DNA from: a virus
Taxonomy: Duplodnaviria; Caudoviricetes
Reading direction: 5' to 3' (one strand)
DNA length: 42,256 bases
Virus record (IMG/VR): IMGVR_UViG_3300046739_000063
Location: 1-42,256 of that record
Positions within the stretch are counted from its first letter, which is position 1. Each line of letters begins with the position of its first letter. Positions 7,760-16,795 of this stretch are shown here, piece after piece. The notes under the pieces were generated by a model. The model ran no database searches. It saw only the letters and a program-made list of their open reading frames with translations, and had not been told where the DNA came from. A program made the translations under genes and the position numbers.

Positions 7760-8071
7760 TCATGGCTTGGGGTTGGCCTTTCTTTGGAGCCGATCAATCT
7801 CAGCGGCTATCAACGCCCCGGCCTTGACTAAATCACGGACTGGGCTTTGTGGTTTCCACCATTCATCTTCCCAAGGCCATTCCTCGGGTGGGTTCTCGGT
7901 TTGATATGCTTCCGATTCCGTCCAGTGTCGGGCGATGTAATGGCCGACATAAGATTGGGCGGCGCGGGCCAGCTCTCTTGATTGGTGCTCGTCATCATGT
8001 TCAACGGTCCAGCCTTCCTTGGCTATTTGGCGCTTCCGCTCATGGGCTATCATTTCAATTCCAGTTGTCAT
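7760..8071 (-). CDS. Conserved phage protein (ERxRQ...HDD...WPW...DLVKAGALIAAEIDRL family)
   Basis: Recognisable widespread phage motif; function uncertain. Confidence 0.85.
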   Translation of the reverse strand: MTTGIEMIAHERKRQIAKEGWTVEHDDEHQSRELARAAQSYVGHYIARHWTESEAYQTENPPEEWPWEDEWWKPQSPVRDLVKAGALIAAEIDRLQRKANPKP

Positions 8072-8103
8072 ATTTCATCTCTTAAACGGGTTCCTGGGTT
8101 TGG

Positions 8104-8481
8104 TCATCTGGATACGCTTATTTCCGCATCGGGATAAGCCTTGCACGCTTCAAGGTAACGCTCGACCCAAGGCACGAAATGCTTGTATAATCCCCAACCG
8201 TTCTTGGCGTTGAATAGCTCGAAGTGACCCGGCCTGGCTTTGAGATCAGCCAACCCCTTGGTCAATGGCTCAATCAGTTGTCCTGCCTTGGTGGCACCGA
8301 TGGCTTCTGGATGCCAGCAGGCATCATAAACGCCAGCAGCCTCAGCCATCCGGTTTAGGTTGTGGGTTATGTTAGCCTCGAAAAAGGTTTCGCGGTGCTT
8401 TCGTTTGTGGACATGGCCGCATTCAGAGCAGGCACAATCCACTTCCTCGGCAGGGCCGTTTAGCCAAACGTCTAAGCTCAT
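8104..8481 (-). CDS. Conserved phage hypothetical protein (NITHNL...NGWG family)
   Basis: Recognisable motifs; GGAGG RBS. Confidence 0.85.
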   Translation of the reverse strand: MSLDVWLNGPAEEVDCACSECGHVHKRKHRETFFEANITHNLNRMAEAAGVYDACWHPEAIGATKAGQLIEPLTKGLADLKARPGHFELFNAKNGWGLYKHFVPWVERYLEACKAYPDAEISVSR

Positions 8482-8493
8482 TTGGCCTCCTTC

Positions 8494-8685
8494 TTAAACG
8501 GGTTCCTGGGTTTGAGCATCGCCTTTTTCCAGAGCGGCTTTAGCGCGTTTGATTTGATGCCATGGCGCGGAAATATCCGCCTTGGCTACGATCTCTTCCA
8601 GTGCGGCACGGTAAATGTCCCGTTCCTCAGCCACGCATTGCGGGCATTCGGGCGGGGAAGTCCAGTTGTGCTTGCAGCGATTCAT
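8494..8685 (-). CDS. Hypothetical protein (63 aa, MNRCKH...CPQC)
   Basis: GGAGG RBS before ATG 8685. Confidence 0.65.
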   Translation of the reverse strand: MNRCKHNWTSPPECPQCVAEERDIYRAALEEIVAKADISAPWHQIKRAKAALEKGDAQTQEPV

Positions 8686-8792
8686 GGTTTCCTCCAAGGG
8701 TTCCTGGGTTTGAGCACTGGCGCGAAACAGATCACGAACGCGGCCACAATGGACAGGCCGAGCAAGAAGCAGCAAAAGCAGATTAGGAGCAT
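8682..8792 (-). CDS. 36-aa single-TM microprotein MLLICFCCFLLGLSIVAAFVICFAPVLKPRNPWRKP
   Basis: Hydrophobic helix plus basic tail; stop overlaps the next ATG; not in the ORF track. Confidence 0.5.
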   Translation of the reverse strand: MLLICFCCFLLGLSIVAAFVICFAPVLKPRNPWRKP

Positions 8793-8971
8793 GGGTTTTC
8801 CTTTTTGATAATCGCTTTGAGTTCATCGGCCCATCGCTTGTGCTTGCGTTCGTGTTCGGTTGTCAGTGGCGGGCCAAGACTGCATTCAATGCGCCTGATT
8901 CGCTCCTTCCTGAACGCTCTGCATTTAAGCATGTGATAATCCATAATTTCGGTGAGGGTTTGGCAGTTCAT
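8783..8971 (-). CDS. Hypothetical protein (62 aa)
   Basis: ATGA coupling to the upstream gene. Confidence 0.6.
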   Translation of the reverse strand: MNCQTLTEIMDYHMLKCRAFRKERIRRIECSLGPPLTTEHERKHKRWADELKAIIKKENPCS

Positions 8972-9192
8972 ACCGGCAACCTCCTATCCTGCCTCTTTCG
9001 CCAGTCCCGGATATGCGCCTGCAACTCGGGGCTGATGTTCGGGTCTGGCTCGGGGGTGATGGTGGCTTTTGTCAGGACTTGGCGGGCCAGTATAACTTCT
9101 CCGTTCCAAGAGTCACGCCGCTTATCTGTCAACACTAAGGCTATGGAGATCGCCTCGTTTATCCTGTTCCATTCAGTTTGTGTGCAGGTCAT
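8968..9192 (-). CDS. Hypothetical protein (74 aa, MTCTQTEW...)
   Basis: GAGGT RBS; first substantial gene of the leftward arm. Confidence 0.6.
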   Translation of the reverse strand: MTCTQTEWNRINEAISIALVLTDKRRDSWNGEVILARQVLTKATITPEPDPNISPELQAHIRDWRKRQDRRLPV

Positions 9193-9340
9193 GTTACCTC
9201 TGAATCCCGCGCGCTCGCCGTGTTCAGACGCAACCCAGGCCGGGCAGCCACGACGAGGCACGCGGGAAAACTTTGGTTTGAAGTTGTGTTCGTCTGACTG
9301 AACATGCCCACACGATAAACCAAGCGCGGATTACACGCAA
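9189..9340 (-). promoter_or_regulatory. Leftward promoter TTGCGT-N17-TATCGT with structured leader and 38-aa leader ORF (9305-9189)
   Basis: -35 at 9335-9340, -10 at 9312-9317, ATG 6 nt later; stems 9205-9222/9249-9267 and 9221-9230/9291-9304. Confidence 0.6.
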
Positions 9341-9367
9341 GAGGGTTTGTTTGTAATCGGTTCGTTC

Positions 9368-9396
9368 TTGACAAGGCCCGTATTTATGCCGCCAAT
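9368..9396 (+). promoter_or_regulatory. Putative rightward (late) promoter TTGACA-N17-GCCAAT
   Basis: Perfect -35, weak -10, 5 nt before ATG 9402; lies at the strand switch. Confidence 0.4.
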
Positions 9397-9401
9397 AAGC
9401 C

Positions 9402-10703
9402 ATGGCCGACGAGTCGCTAGACATCCAAATAAAGCTGCTGGCAGACACTTACGGGGCTGAGAAGGTCCAGAGCGCGCTCAAGCAGATCAAAGGCGAAACC
9501 GAGGGGTTGACCATCAAACACCAGGAACTGCGCGCCGCGGTGCGCGGGTTGCATACAGAGTTTCCTGAACTGGCCAGGATCGCGCATCTGGCGTTGCATC
9601 CAATCGGGCTGGCCGTCGCTGCCATTGGTGGATCGTTCGCGGTCTGGAAGATGCGAACGGAAGAGCTGCAGGCCACATTCGCTAATCTCGCCTTGCCAGA
9701 CATAAAGGCGCTAGATGTCGGGCACATCAACGCAGTTACTGAGGCATGGGGCAAATATAACAAGGCATTAGGGACGGCGATTGAGAACGCGCATTCTGTC
9801 GAAAAGGATACAGAGAAAGCTCTGAAGAGCATCGAAACCAGAATCGAAGCCACCAATAAACTGATTGAGGCATTCGCCGGAAAGAAACAAGCAGGCGCAT
9901 CAGGAATCCTTGAAAAGCTCGGCATCTCGGAACAGGAGACGATTGACAAGAGCATCATAGACAAGAGAGCCGACAACCTGAAGCTGGGCGAGAAGGAACG
10001 GGAGATTGCGAACCTGGGAATCGAATCAGTGAACAAGCGCCGAGAGGGTGCGAAGATAAGGGTTGCCAGCGCGGAGGATGATGCAAAAACTACAGAAGCC
10101 CTCAAAGCCGCAGCCGAGATAGCCAAAAAAGACATTGATGAACGCAAGCAGAAGATAGGCGTTCTGCGCGCGCGTCAAGCTGGTGAAACACTAACGCCAG
10201 CCGAACACTTGCAGATCGTGAAATTGTTGGGCCTTGGCCAAGGTGCTGATGCCATCCCTGGAGCTATCGCAGACATCCAGGGCGGCATACCCGCGGCACA
10301 AGCCACGGTTGATCTTTACAATTCCAGATTGAGAGGCGCTGCAGGTAGAGATGCTCAACGCGCCACACGGGACCGTTTATTTTCCGAATCTGCTGCGGCC
10401 GGAGCAAAGGCAGAGGAGCTAAATGCCGGGATGCCAGCCGACTACAGACAGGCCCGAGACAGGCAAGGGCTTGGTTCGATTCTGGATGTGCTGAAGCGGC
10501 AGACCGAAACCCTGAAAGCCCTGCATGAAGCGCATGACCAAACCGACAAGGCCAGCAAGGAAATCGCTGATGCCATCAAGAGCAAGCAGACTGTTCAGGC
10601 ATCCATGATCAAAGCCCTGAAAGACTCTGAGGCTATTGAAACCGCCCTCGTTGAGCACCAGAAACGGCTTGAGATGAACCTTAAAGCCCTTGCTGCCCAC
10701 TAA
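9402..10703 (+). CDS. Putative tape measure protein (433 aa)
   Basis: N-terminal LDIQIKLLAD, one hydrophobic patch, Ala/Lys/Glu-rich helical body; precedes the hub-like gene. Confidence 0.6.
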   Translation: MADESLDIQIKLLADTYGAEKVQSALKQIKGETEGLTIKHQELRAAVRGLHTEFPELARIAHLALHPIGLAVAAIGGSFAVWKMRTEELQATFANLALPDIKALDVGHINAVTEAWGKYNKALGTAIENAHSVEKDTEKALKSIETRIEATNKLIEAFAGKKQAGASGILEKLGISEQETIDKSIIDKRADNLKLGEKEREIANLGIESVNKRREGAKIRVASAEDDAKTTEALKAAAEIAKKDIDERKQKIGVLRARQAGETLTPAEHLQIVKLLGLGQGADAIPGAIADIQGGIPAAQATVDLYNSRLRGAAGRDAQRATRDRLFSESAAAGAKAEELNAGMPADYRQARDRQGLGSILDVLKRQTETLKALHEAHDQTDKASKEIADAIKSKQTVQASMIKALKDSEAIETALVEHQKRLEMNLKALAAH

Positions 10704-12694
10704 TGCCCGACTGGACCCTCACCGCCGGCACGACGACCAAGACCCTCGCCGCCTGGGGGTTCAAAGGCGACTCGCTGACCCTTGAGCGCATCAGTCAAGC
10801 CCCCGACGTTTGCACCGTGACCAAGCCGGGGCCGATGGATGCCACCCTGCTCTTCGCGTTCGGGTCCATCGTTAAGATCCAACGCCCGGACGGCACGATC
10901 TGGTTCCAGGGCCGAGCAACTCTGCCTGTTCGTCAAGGGAGCGGGGATAATGAATCAGTTGCATACCGTTTCGAGGGGCCGTGGTTCGATCTGGACAACA
11001 TCATATTCGAGCAGACTTGGCAGCAGTTTAATGGCTACACCACACCGGGCGATCCAAGCACCCCGCCGACGTTCATCAGCAAGTTTGCCAGCGAGGTGTT
11101 TCTTGGATTCCAGGCGGATGGCACACGCATCAATACCGGCCAACAGATCACGCAGGCGCTGACCTGGGCTGTTGGCGCCGGGGCGAACCTCCAGATCGGC
11201 ACGATCACGCCAGCTACAAACTTCGCCTATTACAACGTGCGCGACATGACTTGCGGTGAGGTGATCCGCCAGATGTTGCGCTGGACACCGGACACGATTA
11301 CCTGGTTCGACTACAGCACAACACCTCCGACATTCTACGCCAAGCGCCTGGCCGATCTGACGGCAACGACGGTGACGCTGGGCACTGACAAAATCAAAGC
11401 CTTGTCATTGCGCCCTCGTCCTGACCTTGTGCTCGATGCCTGCGTGATCCGCTACAAGATACCCAACAGCGTAAACGGGATTGTGTTCATAGCCATTCAG
11501 ACCGACACTTACCCGGTTGGCGCCACGGAGCAGCACATTTTTAACAGCATCAACACCATTGAGCTTTTTGGATTCCGCAAGACCGTGGTGAGTGCGACGA
11601 TCAAGACGAACACGATATTTGCCAATGCGGTGGCATCGGCTGACCGGGTGACATGGTGGGAGAACAAAATCCCATGGCTCAAAGACCCGCACATTGTCCA
11701 ATCCAGCATCCAAATCACCTTCAATAGCGCCATTGAAACCATCATTGATCCTGTAACCGGGGCATCGAATGACGTTGCGGTGGATATGACGCAGTATCCC
11801 AATGAGCTGATTGACGGCCAGATCGCCACTTGGATGACGGGGTTCCATCAGAAGGAAGTGAAGCTCTCCGCTACGCTGACCTACGCGCGCACGACGGACA
11901 CTTCTGGTGCGATACCCATTCAAGGCGCGAACGGAGTTCCCATCACTTGCACAGTGAAGGGCACCAATGCCACCTCGGGCACTTATACCGCTATCCAGAG
12001 CTTCGAGGAGGGCGACCCGGTGCCGTCCGGGCTTGCTCAGGACATTTACACCTCACGCGCTACGCTGCAGCATGAGGGAGAAATTGAGCTTGTGGGTTCG
12101 GAGATACCTGCGGGGTTCGCCATGGGCCAGAAGATCAGCCTAAATGGCCTGGCCTCCTCGTTCGGATCCATGATGGTGCAGCAGATCACCGAGGAACCGT
12201 TCGCTGGACGAATAACCCTGCGCGTGGGGCCGCCGCGGCAGATCGGCATTCAAGACCTTATTGAGCTGATGCGCGCCAACCGTTACCGGATCATCTACAA
12301 CCTGCCCATCCAGCAGCAGGGAAGCCCCGAGGCGAGCGGCAATGTCCCGCTGGGCAGCAACATGCCCAAACAGGATTCGGTTGCCGACTCCACGCCAAGC
12401 AGTGCGTTCGGGGTCAGCAAGGACCAGGGCGGCGGAACGACTGCGGTTGTTGTTAAGGATGCCATTGGACCCGCTGCCAATCCTGGGCCACAAGTGAGGA
12501 TCGTTTATTATGATTCGGCTGGCGCAAAGGTCACGACTCAACCGAGTGCCACCATGAACGTGTCCGATCTTGTCGCCCTTGGACTGGTGAACCATGACGC
12601 GAAGTTCGTACTACTGAAGTTCAAAGACCCAAACAACTCCTGCGCTCCGATGAAGATGGCGGTGATGGGCACAACGCCCGAGCCTGATGTATGA
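10703..12694 (+). CDS. Putative tail hub/tip protein (663 aa)
   Basis: Beta-rich, IWFQGR, TCGEVIRQMLR, C-terminal VQQITE...ITLRVGP pattern of Tal/hub proteins. Confidence 0.6.
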   Translation: MPDWTLTAGTTTKTLAAWGFKGDSLTLERISQAPDVCTVTKPGPMDATLLFAFGSIVKIQRPDGTIWFQGRATLPVRQGSGDNESVAYRFEGPWFDLDNIIFEQTWQQFNGYTTPGDPSTPPTFISKFASEVFLGFQADGTRINTGQQITQALTWAVGAGANLQIGTITPATNFAYYNVRDMTCGEVIRQMLRWTPDTITWFDYSTTPPTFYAKRLADLTATTVTLGTDKIKALSLRPRPDLVLDACVIRYKIPNSVNGIVFIAIQTDTYPVGATEQHIFNSINTIELFGFRKTVVSATIKTNTIFANAVASADRVTWWENKIPWLKDPHIVQSSIQITFNSAIETIIDPVTGASNDVAVDMTQYPNELIDGQIATWMTGFHQKEVKLSATLTYARTTDTSGAIPIQGANGVPITCTVKGTNATSGTYTAIQSFEEGDPVPSGLAQDIYTSRATLQHEGEIELVGSEIPAGFAMGQKISLNGLASSFGSMMVQQITEEPFAGRITLRVGPPRQIGIQDLIELMRANRYRIIYNLPIQQQGSPEASGNVPLGSNMPKQDSVADSTPSSAFGVSKDQGGGTTAVVVKDAIGPAANPGPQVRIVYYDSAGAKVTTQPSATMNVSDLVALGLVNHDAKFVLLKFKDPNNSCAPMKMAVMGTTPEPDV

Positions 12695-13989
12695 GCCAGA
12701 ACGCAGACTTCTGCTGCGATTGCGGCGGGCCAGGCTGCAACAATGCCCGGTTCCTGGTGGAGTTCATGGGCGTTGGCCAGTGCGGCGGATTCCAAGACCT
12801 GCTTTGCTTCGATGATTGCGGGTTCGAGTTGGGAACTCCGAACGGGTTCTGTCCTGCCAGTTCGGCCTGTGATCATGTCGCCGCCTCATTTTATTCCGGC
12901 TTCAAGCTGCGCGTGGAATATGGCACATTCGATCCAGGCACCGGGCCAACATACGCTTGGACTGAGGTTAGGGCGACCTGTGACACGACCATTGGTGAGC
13001 CGGAACATATCGAGGTTGAGCAGGGCACCGGCACACACTCGGACGGGATTGTGTTTCAATGGACCCGCAACGCAGATGGATCAGTCAGTCAGAGCGGCGG
13101 CGTGGGCGCGATTGCTCTTGCGGTATCCAACACCAATGTTGCAAGCCACACCAGCACGCATTATCTGCGAACAGACGCGACTATGCCGCCTGATTCTCAT
13201 TACAAAACCGAGGTCACACTTGATGGAGCTGTTGCTGTTGGGGCGTGTATTACGGATGCGAAAACATTCTGCGATTCAGTCAGCATCTCAGGCAACGCCA
13301 CGGTCACAATCTGGGATGGCTCCACGGTTCAAACCAATGTCCCGGCCAGCCCGTTAAGGATTCGCAAGTTCTACGCGCGCAGGCCGGGAGGATTCACTGT
13401 CATCAACGGAATCAATGGCACAACCTATACTGATGGCGTCGGAAATGCGCTTGGTGTCCCAGACGGTCCATTCGTGAATGCAGCCACCTCGCCAGAATGC
13501 CGTTACGTTGCTGGACAAGGCAACATCGGTGCTCATGACCCAAACACATTCCCGATTGACATAGAGGACAACGGCAGCGGCCTGCCCTTGTTCCAATCCA
13601 TCTGCAATCCAGTCTATCTTAACACCATAAACGTAGCCGCAGCGACACAGACCAAGCTCGCATTCATCATGCCGAGGTGGTGCATTGAGAAGGTTCAGGC
13701 GCAGATCATAAAATGCGATGGCAGCAACACGCTGATGGATTGGACAACAGTTCCAACTGATCAATGCCAGATCGGTGCTGCGGCCGGTAGAATAGCCCAT
13801 TGCCACTCCGAGCCTGATGGCAACAATCAAATCGGCACAATAACCAATGTTGATGGTTGCCAATCCGGCGGATGCACAGGCATTATCTGGCTGTTCACTT
13901 ATCACGACATGCAAACCTTCGGCTGGATGGAGCTTGACGAAACAACTTGTGGCGATTGCACTGTGATCTGTAATAACCTGGCGCCATGA
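12691..13989 (+). CDS. Cys-rich putative virion protein (432 aa)
   Basis: About 23 Cys, starts CCDC, coupled to the hub gene. Confidence 0.65.
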   Translation: MSQNADFCCDCGGPGCNNARFLVEFMGVGQCGGFQDLLCFDDCGFELGTPNGFCPASSACDHVAASFYSGFKLRVEYGTFDPGTGPTYAWTEVRATCDTTIGEPEHIEVEQGTGTHSDGIVFQWTRNADGSVSQSGGVGAIALAVSNTNVASHTSTHYLRTDATMPPDSHYKTEVTLDGAVAVGACITDAKTFCDSVSISGNATVTIWDGSTVQTNVPASPLRIRKFYARRPGGFTVINGINGTTYTDGVGNALGVPDGPFVNAATSPECRYVAGQGNIGAHDPNTFPIDIEDNGSGLPLFQSICNPVYLNTINVAAATQTKLAFIMPRWCIEKVQAQIIKCDGSNTLMDWTTVPTDQCQIGAAAGRIAHCHSEPDGNNQIGTITNVDGCQSGGCTGIIWLFTYHDMQTFGWMELDETTCGDCTVICNNLAP

Positions 13990-14276
13990 GAATCCCGTTG
14001 AGCCACATCGTCTATCGCGCACAGAGCCGACCACCTGGCTATCTTGAGGACATGAAAGCGCATGGCGTGGTCAGCGGTGAGGATCTGGTCATGGACGATG
14101 ACATTTACTCCCTGCTCAAATACAAATACCGCAAAGGGCTGGGTGATGTGGTCGAGGCCACGGCCAAGCCGTTCGCCAAGCTGTTCAACATGGATTGCCT
14201 CGATGCCGATACAAAATTGAAGCCCGATTCTAATTGCGCCAAGCGCAGGGATGCACTAAATAAACTTATCAGATGA
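13986..14276 (+). CDS. GLGD...C..RR..LN motif protein (96 aa)
   Basis: KGLGDVVE...CAKRRDALN; ATGA coupling. Confidence 0.7.
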   Translation: MRIPLSHIVYRAQSRPPGYLEDMKAHGVVSGEDLVMDDDIYSLLKYKYRKGLGDVVEATAKPFAKLFNMDCLDADTKLKPDSNCAKRRDALNKLIR

Positions 14277-14500
14277 AACAGGCCACCCGTTTAACGCCCG
14301 TTGCAGCACCGCCACAACCCGGCCCGCCCCTGACCGAGAGTTGTTCCAACTGCAAATGTTTCATGGCTGATCAGACCTGCCATCGCGGCCCGCCCTGCAC
14401 AGATTTCCAGTTCTATCGTTCGCTCGGGTTCTGGCCGACTGTCACTGAATCGCAATGGTGCGCTGAATGGAAACCCCGTAAACCCGTAAATGGAGTATGA
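14273..14500 (+). CDS. Small 4-Cys metal-binding protein
   Basis: CSNC...CHRGPP...WP...WCAEW. Confidence 0.7.
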   Translation: MKQATRLTPVAAPPQPGPPLTESCSNCKCFMADQTCHRGPPCTDFQFYRSLGFWPTVTESQWCAEWKPRKPVNGV

Positions 14501-14907
14501 CAAACCTCCTGATCCTCACCCTGCAACTGATCCACACAAACATATTCCCCATCGGCTGCAAGTATGGTGATGGCGGAACACCCGCGGCTTATTGCTGGAA
14601 TGTGGAATTGACCTACACCATACCAACCAATCTCACGCCCTCGGTCTGGGTTGTGGAATCCACCGACACACCTGAAGGTGTCACAATCATTGAAGAGCCA
14701 CCCTGGGGCACGCTCTACATTGGCCAGCCGTGGCAGGAGATAAACACATCAACGAACGTGACCTTCTGGCAATATCCAAACCTTGACCTTGGCCATTTCA
14801 CGAACACATGGACAGGCACGGTCCAAACCAATCGCATCCGGTTCCCGGTGCCGGATGGGTATGCCGATGGCAAGGGCTATTATTACCGGATGAAACGAGT
14901 TAGGTGA
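14497..14907 (+). CDS. TN-rich hypothetical protein ending YYYRMKRVR
   Basis: Coupled ORF; hydrophobic start; VVESTD...W...YYR pattern. Confidence 0.65.
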   Translation: MTNLLILTLQLIHTNIFPIGCKYGDGGTPAAYCWNVELTYTIPTNLTPSVWVVESTDTPEGVTIIEEPPWGTLYIGQPWQEINTSTNVTFWQYPNLDLGHFTNTWTGTVQTNRIRFPVPDGYADGKGYYYRMKRVR

Positions 14908-14908
14908 T

Positions 14909-15379
14909 GTGGGTAAGCATGATTCCAAGAACACACGCCCAGGCAAGCTCACTGGTATCAAACCCACCGCTGCCGAACATGAGAGGCGTGTGCAGATCGT
15001 GTGTGACTTGATCGGTCAAGGCAGAAAGAAACATGAGATAATCCATGAACTCTGCACCGAGTTTGGCGTTCATTGGCGCACATCAGAAAATTACCTTGTT
15101 CGCGCCAGAGAAGTGATTATCAAGGCCATGGGCCGGAGCAAGCCAGAACTGAGAGCCGAGGCCGTCCTGTTCAATGAGCAGATCATTAGAAGCCCAGATA
15201 CCAGCACTAAAGAGAAACAGGACAGTTCCAAACAACTCTGCGAACTGCTCGGCCTCTACGCCCCGCGCACAGTTGAGGTTGATGCTACGGTATCAAGCGA
15301 GATCACCGTCATCCATTCACCGATTGATGTTGAGGAAGTGATTGAGCCGATTGCGATAACGAACGGGAATGGCCACTAA
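14909..15379 (+). CDS. terS: Terminase small subunit (putative)
   Basis: HTH (EFGVHWRTSENY), LLGLYAP motif, overlaps the TerL start. Confidence 0.75.
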   Translation: MGKHDSKNTRPGKLTGIKPTAAEHERRVQIVCDLIGQGRKKHEIIHELCTEFGVHWRTSENYLVRAREVIIKAMGRSKPELRAEAVLFNEQIIRSPDTSTKEKQDSSKQLCELLGLYAPRTVEVDATVSSEITVIHSPIDVEEVIEPIAITNGNGH

Positions 15380-16688
15380 ACATTTCTACCTGCCCGACTT
15401 CCGCGGTGGTCCGCGCGACCTGCTCACATCGCATGAGCATGAGGTGATCTGTGTTGGGCCAAGCGACACCGGCAAGACCTGGGCTGCTTGCGTCAAATCG
15501 TTCATGCTCTGCACGGACAAGAAACGGCCTGGAGTCAAAGGCGCGATGATGCGCAAGACATTCCACAGCATCTTCGATTCTGTTGTCCGCACATTCGACA
15601 AGATCACAGCCGGAATGCCGATACGCCGTTACGGTGGCCAGCTTTATCGTGATCGTTACGTGTTCCCGAACAAGAGCGAGATCGTCTGCATCGGTCTGGA
15701 CAAGCCCGACAAGCTGCTATCGAGCGAATGGGATTTCATTCAGGTATGCCAAACTGAGGAACTGCTCGAAGCAGACTGGGAAATGATCGCCTCACGTTGT
15801 ACCGGGCGCGGCGCTGTCGTGGCATTCCCGCAGATCTTCGGTGACTGCAACCCAGGCTCAAGCCGACACTGGATCAGGCAACGGGCTGAGAAGGGCGCGC
15901 TGCGGCTTATCAACGCTTATCACAAAGACAACCTGGCACTGTATGACAAGGCTGGGAACATCACCGAGGAAGGCAAGCGCCGGATTGGGTTTCTAGAATC
16001 AACGCTGACAGGACTGCGCCGACAACGATTGCTCCTGGGCAAATGGGCTACGGCCGAGGGTGCAGTGTTTGACACATTTGATCCTGAGAATGTGCATGTG
16101 TGTGTCAGGTCCGAGTCTGAGATGAAAACCTGGCACCTGTGCATGGACGAAGGTTTCACAAACCCAGCCGTGATACTGCTCTGCGGTGATGACAGCGACG
16201 GCCGGCGCCATGTGTTCCGCGAGTATTACCAGCGTGGCGCACTCCAGGCTGATGTGATCCAGGCAGCGGTGAAACTGTTCAAGGATTTCCAATGCTACAT
16301 GATCGCAGTGGACGCGGCCGCAGCTGGTCTGATTGCTGGCTTGAACGGGTGTGGAGTCAATGCGGTTGGTGGAAAGGGCCGGATCATTGATGGAATCTAT
16401 GCGCTGCAGAACCGGCTTCTGGTCTGTCGTGATGGCAGGCCCAGGCTTACCATTGATCCGAGCTGCAAAGAGACGATCAATGAGTTTGAGAGTCATGTAT
16501 GGCAACCTGACAAGCCCAAGGATGTGCCGATAGATCGGGACAATCACAGCATCGCAGCCCTGCGCTATCTTGAAGATGTGCTGGCTGTGCCCACGGGCGC
16601 TGTGGACTCAGCAGACAACCTTTACACAGGCGAAAGCGAGTTTGCTGGTGAAGAGATCGAGTTTGGTCAACGATTGGAGCTGAGATGA
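15369..16688 (+). CDS. terL: Terminase large subunit
   Basis: Walker A GPSDTGKT, coupling motif GDCNP, GKWATAEGAVF, nuclease MDEGFTNP, C-terminal NHSIAALRY. Confidence 0.95.
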   Translation: MATKHFYLPDFRGGPRDLLTSHEHEVICVGPSDTGKTWAACVKSFMLCTDKKRPGVKGAMMRKTFHSIFDSVVRTFDKITAGMPIRRYGGQLYRDRYVFPNKSEIVCIGLDKPDKLLSSEWDFIQVCQTEELLEADWEMIASRCTGRGAVVAFPQIFGDCNPGSSRHWIRQRAEKGALRLINAYHKDNLALYDKAGNITEEGKRRIGFLESTLTGLRRQRLLLGKWATAEGAVFDTFDPENVHVCVRSESEMKTWHLCMDEGFTNPAVILLCGDDSDGRRHVFREYYQRGALQADVIQAAVKLFKDFQCYMIAVDAAAAGLIAGLNGCGVNAVGGKGRIIDGIYALQNRLLVCRDGRPRLTIDPSCKETINEFESHVWQPDKPKDVPIDRDNHSIAALRYLEDVLAVPTGAVDSADNLYTGESEFAGEEIEFGQRLELR

Positions 16689-16795
16689 TAGAAGAGAAAC
16701 CGATAATAAACACTGTTGACATCGGACAGGACAGGCTTCTGGATGTAGCTAATATTATCGCGCTAGCCAGACGCGACCTAAAGAAACCCAAATGA
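16685..16795 (+). CDS. 36-aa ORF MIEEKPIIN...
   Basis: ATGA-coupled at both ends. Confidence 0.45.
   Translation: MIEEKPIINTVDIGQDRLLDVANIIALARRDLKKPK

Larger units (their letters stand above)
8080..8716. repeat. Dispersed direct repeat with core GGGTTCCTGGGTTTG at gene junctions
   Basis: 23-bp identity 8080-8102/8492-8514; 19-bp identity 8500-8518/8698-8716. Confidence 0.92.

Noticed and set aside
8080-8716. CRISPR array or integron attC sites
   Set aside because: Spacing is irregular (about 200 and 410 bp), the repeats are not palindromic, and no cas or integron integrase gene is present.
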